A stretch of 64,000 nucleotides of DNA from an uncultured Chloroflexia bacterium (lineage in GTDB: Bacteria > Chloroflexota > Ktedonobacteria > Ktedonobacterales > Ktedonobacteraceae). The notes beneath the pieces were generated by a model, which saw only the letters and a list, made by a program, of their open reading frames with translations, was not told the origin of the DNA and did not search any database. The stretch spans positions 90,773 to 154,772 of the forward strand of contig CAWBSZ010000001.1 of assembly GCA_963791655.1 (NCBI GenBank). Direction: 5' to 3'. Positions 63,831-64,000 of the stretch are shown piece by piece. A program made the translations under genes and the position numbers. The first letter of the stretch is position 1, and every line of letters begins with the position of its first letter.

Positions 63831-64000
63831 TTAGAAGACTTGATAGTGGAATACTTCGGGTGTTCCTGCGAATAAGCCATTGATATTGCTACGCCACTGT
63901 GGAAAGAGCGGACCACCACGAAAGCCCTCCGTGTGCGCTTCAAGCGAAGTCCAGACCACTGTGAGCATATAGCGTTGTGGTTGCTCAACACAGCGAGTAA
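63831..64000 (-). CDS. C-terminal part of an ABM (antibiotic biosynthesis monooxygenase-like) domain protein; 5' end outside window
   Basis: This frame is not in the ORF track. It reads ...YMLTVVWTSLEAHTEGFRGGPLFPQWRSNINGLFAGTPEVFHYQVF* with the stop at 63831-63833, an ABM-like pattern by eye. Confidence 0.45.
   Translation of the reverse strand, partial: TRCVEQPQRYMLTVVWTSLEAHTEGFRGGPLFPQWRSNINGLFAGTPEVFHYQVF

Noticed and set aside
63806-63991. 61-aa ORF from the track at the window end
   Set aside because: Another frame on the same strand gives an ABM-domain-like C-terminus ending at 63831. The track ORF has no recognisable features.

Overview
64 kb of bacterial chromosome, roughly 48-50% G+C by eye. 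Gene content and repeat style suggest a Chloroflexota/Ktedonobacteria-like organism, but that is inference only. Most of the window is housekeeping. It holds a pyrC-pyrE-pyrF-pyrD cluster, a GntR/ABC module, an IclR-satP-acs acetate module and sqdB with a glycolipid glycosyltransferase and DedA. It also holds argS, msrB, an amidase, an EF-G paralog, an SHMT-family gene, an M19 dipeptidase and ligA. A long minus-strand block runs trpS-trpE-trpG-trpD-trpCF-trpB-(B3/4 protein)-(cyclase-like protein)-trpA-aroH-DAHP synthase, preceded by a Trp (UGG) T-box leader with its own promoter. Four things stand out. (1) Several families of REP/REPIN-like hairpin elements with GTAGGG...CCCTAC termini fill intergenic gaps, including four gaps inside the trp/aro block. 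(2) An IS200/IS605 element with intact tnpA and tnpB lies between two unrelated truncated MFS genes. One of these is a visibly GC-richer pseudogene, and the surrounding 18.2-22.6 kb patch is decayed. (3) ORF-disrupting lesions are unusually dense: in-frame TAG at 8850 and 20836, in-frame TGA at codon 3 of trpD, and at least three frameshifts. (4) There are several very long perfect palindromes at convergent gene ends, plus a TetR operator-like palindrome. No rRNA, tRNA or CRISPR array and no recognisable defence system was found. All calls come from reading the translations and sequence by eye. No database search was run, and hairpin coordinates were hand-counted.
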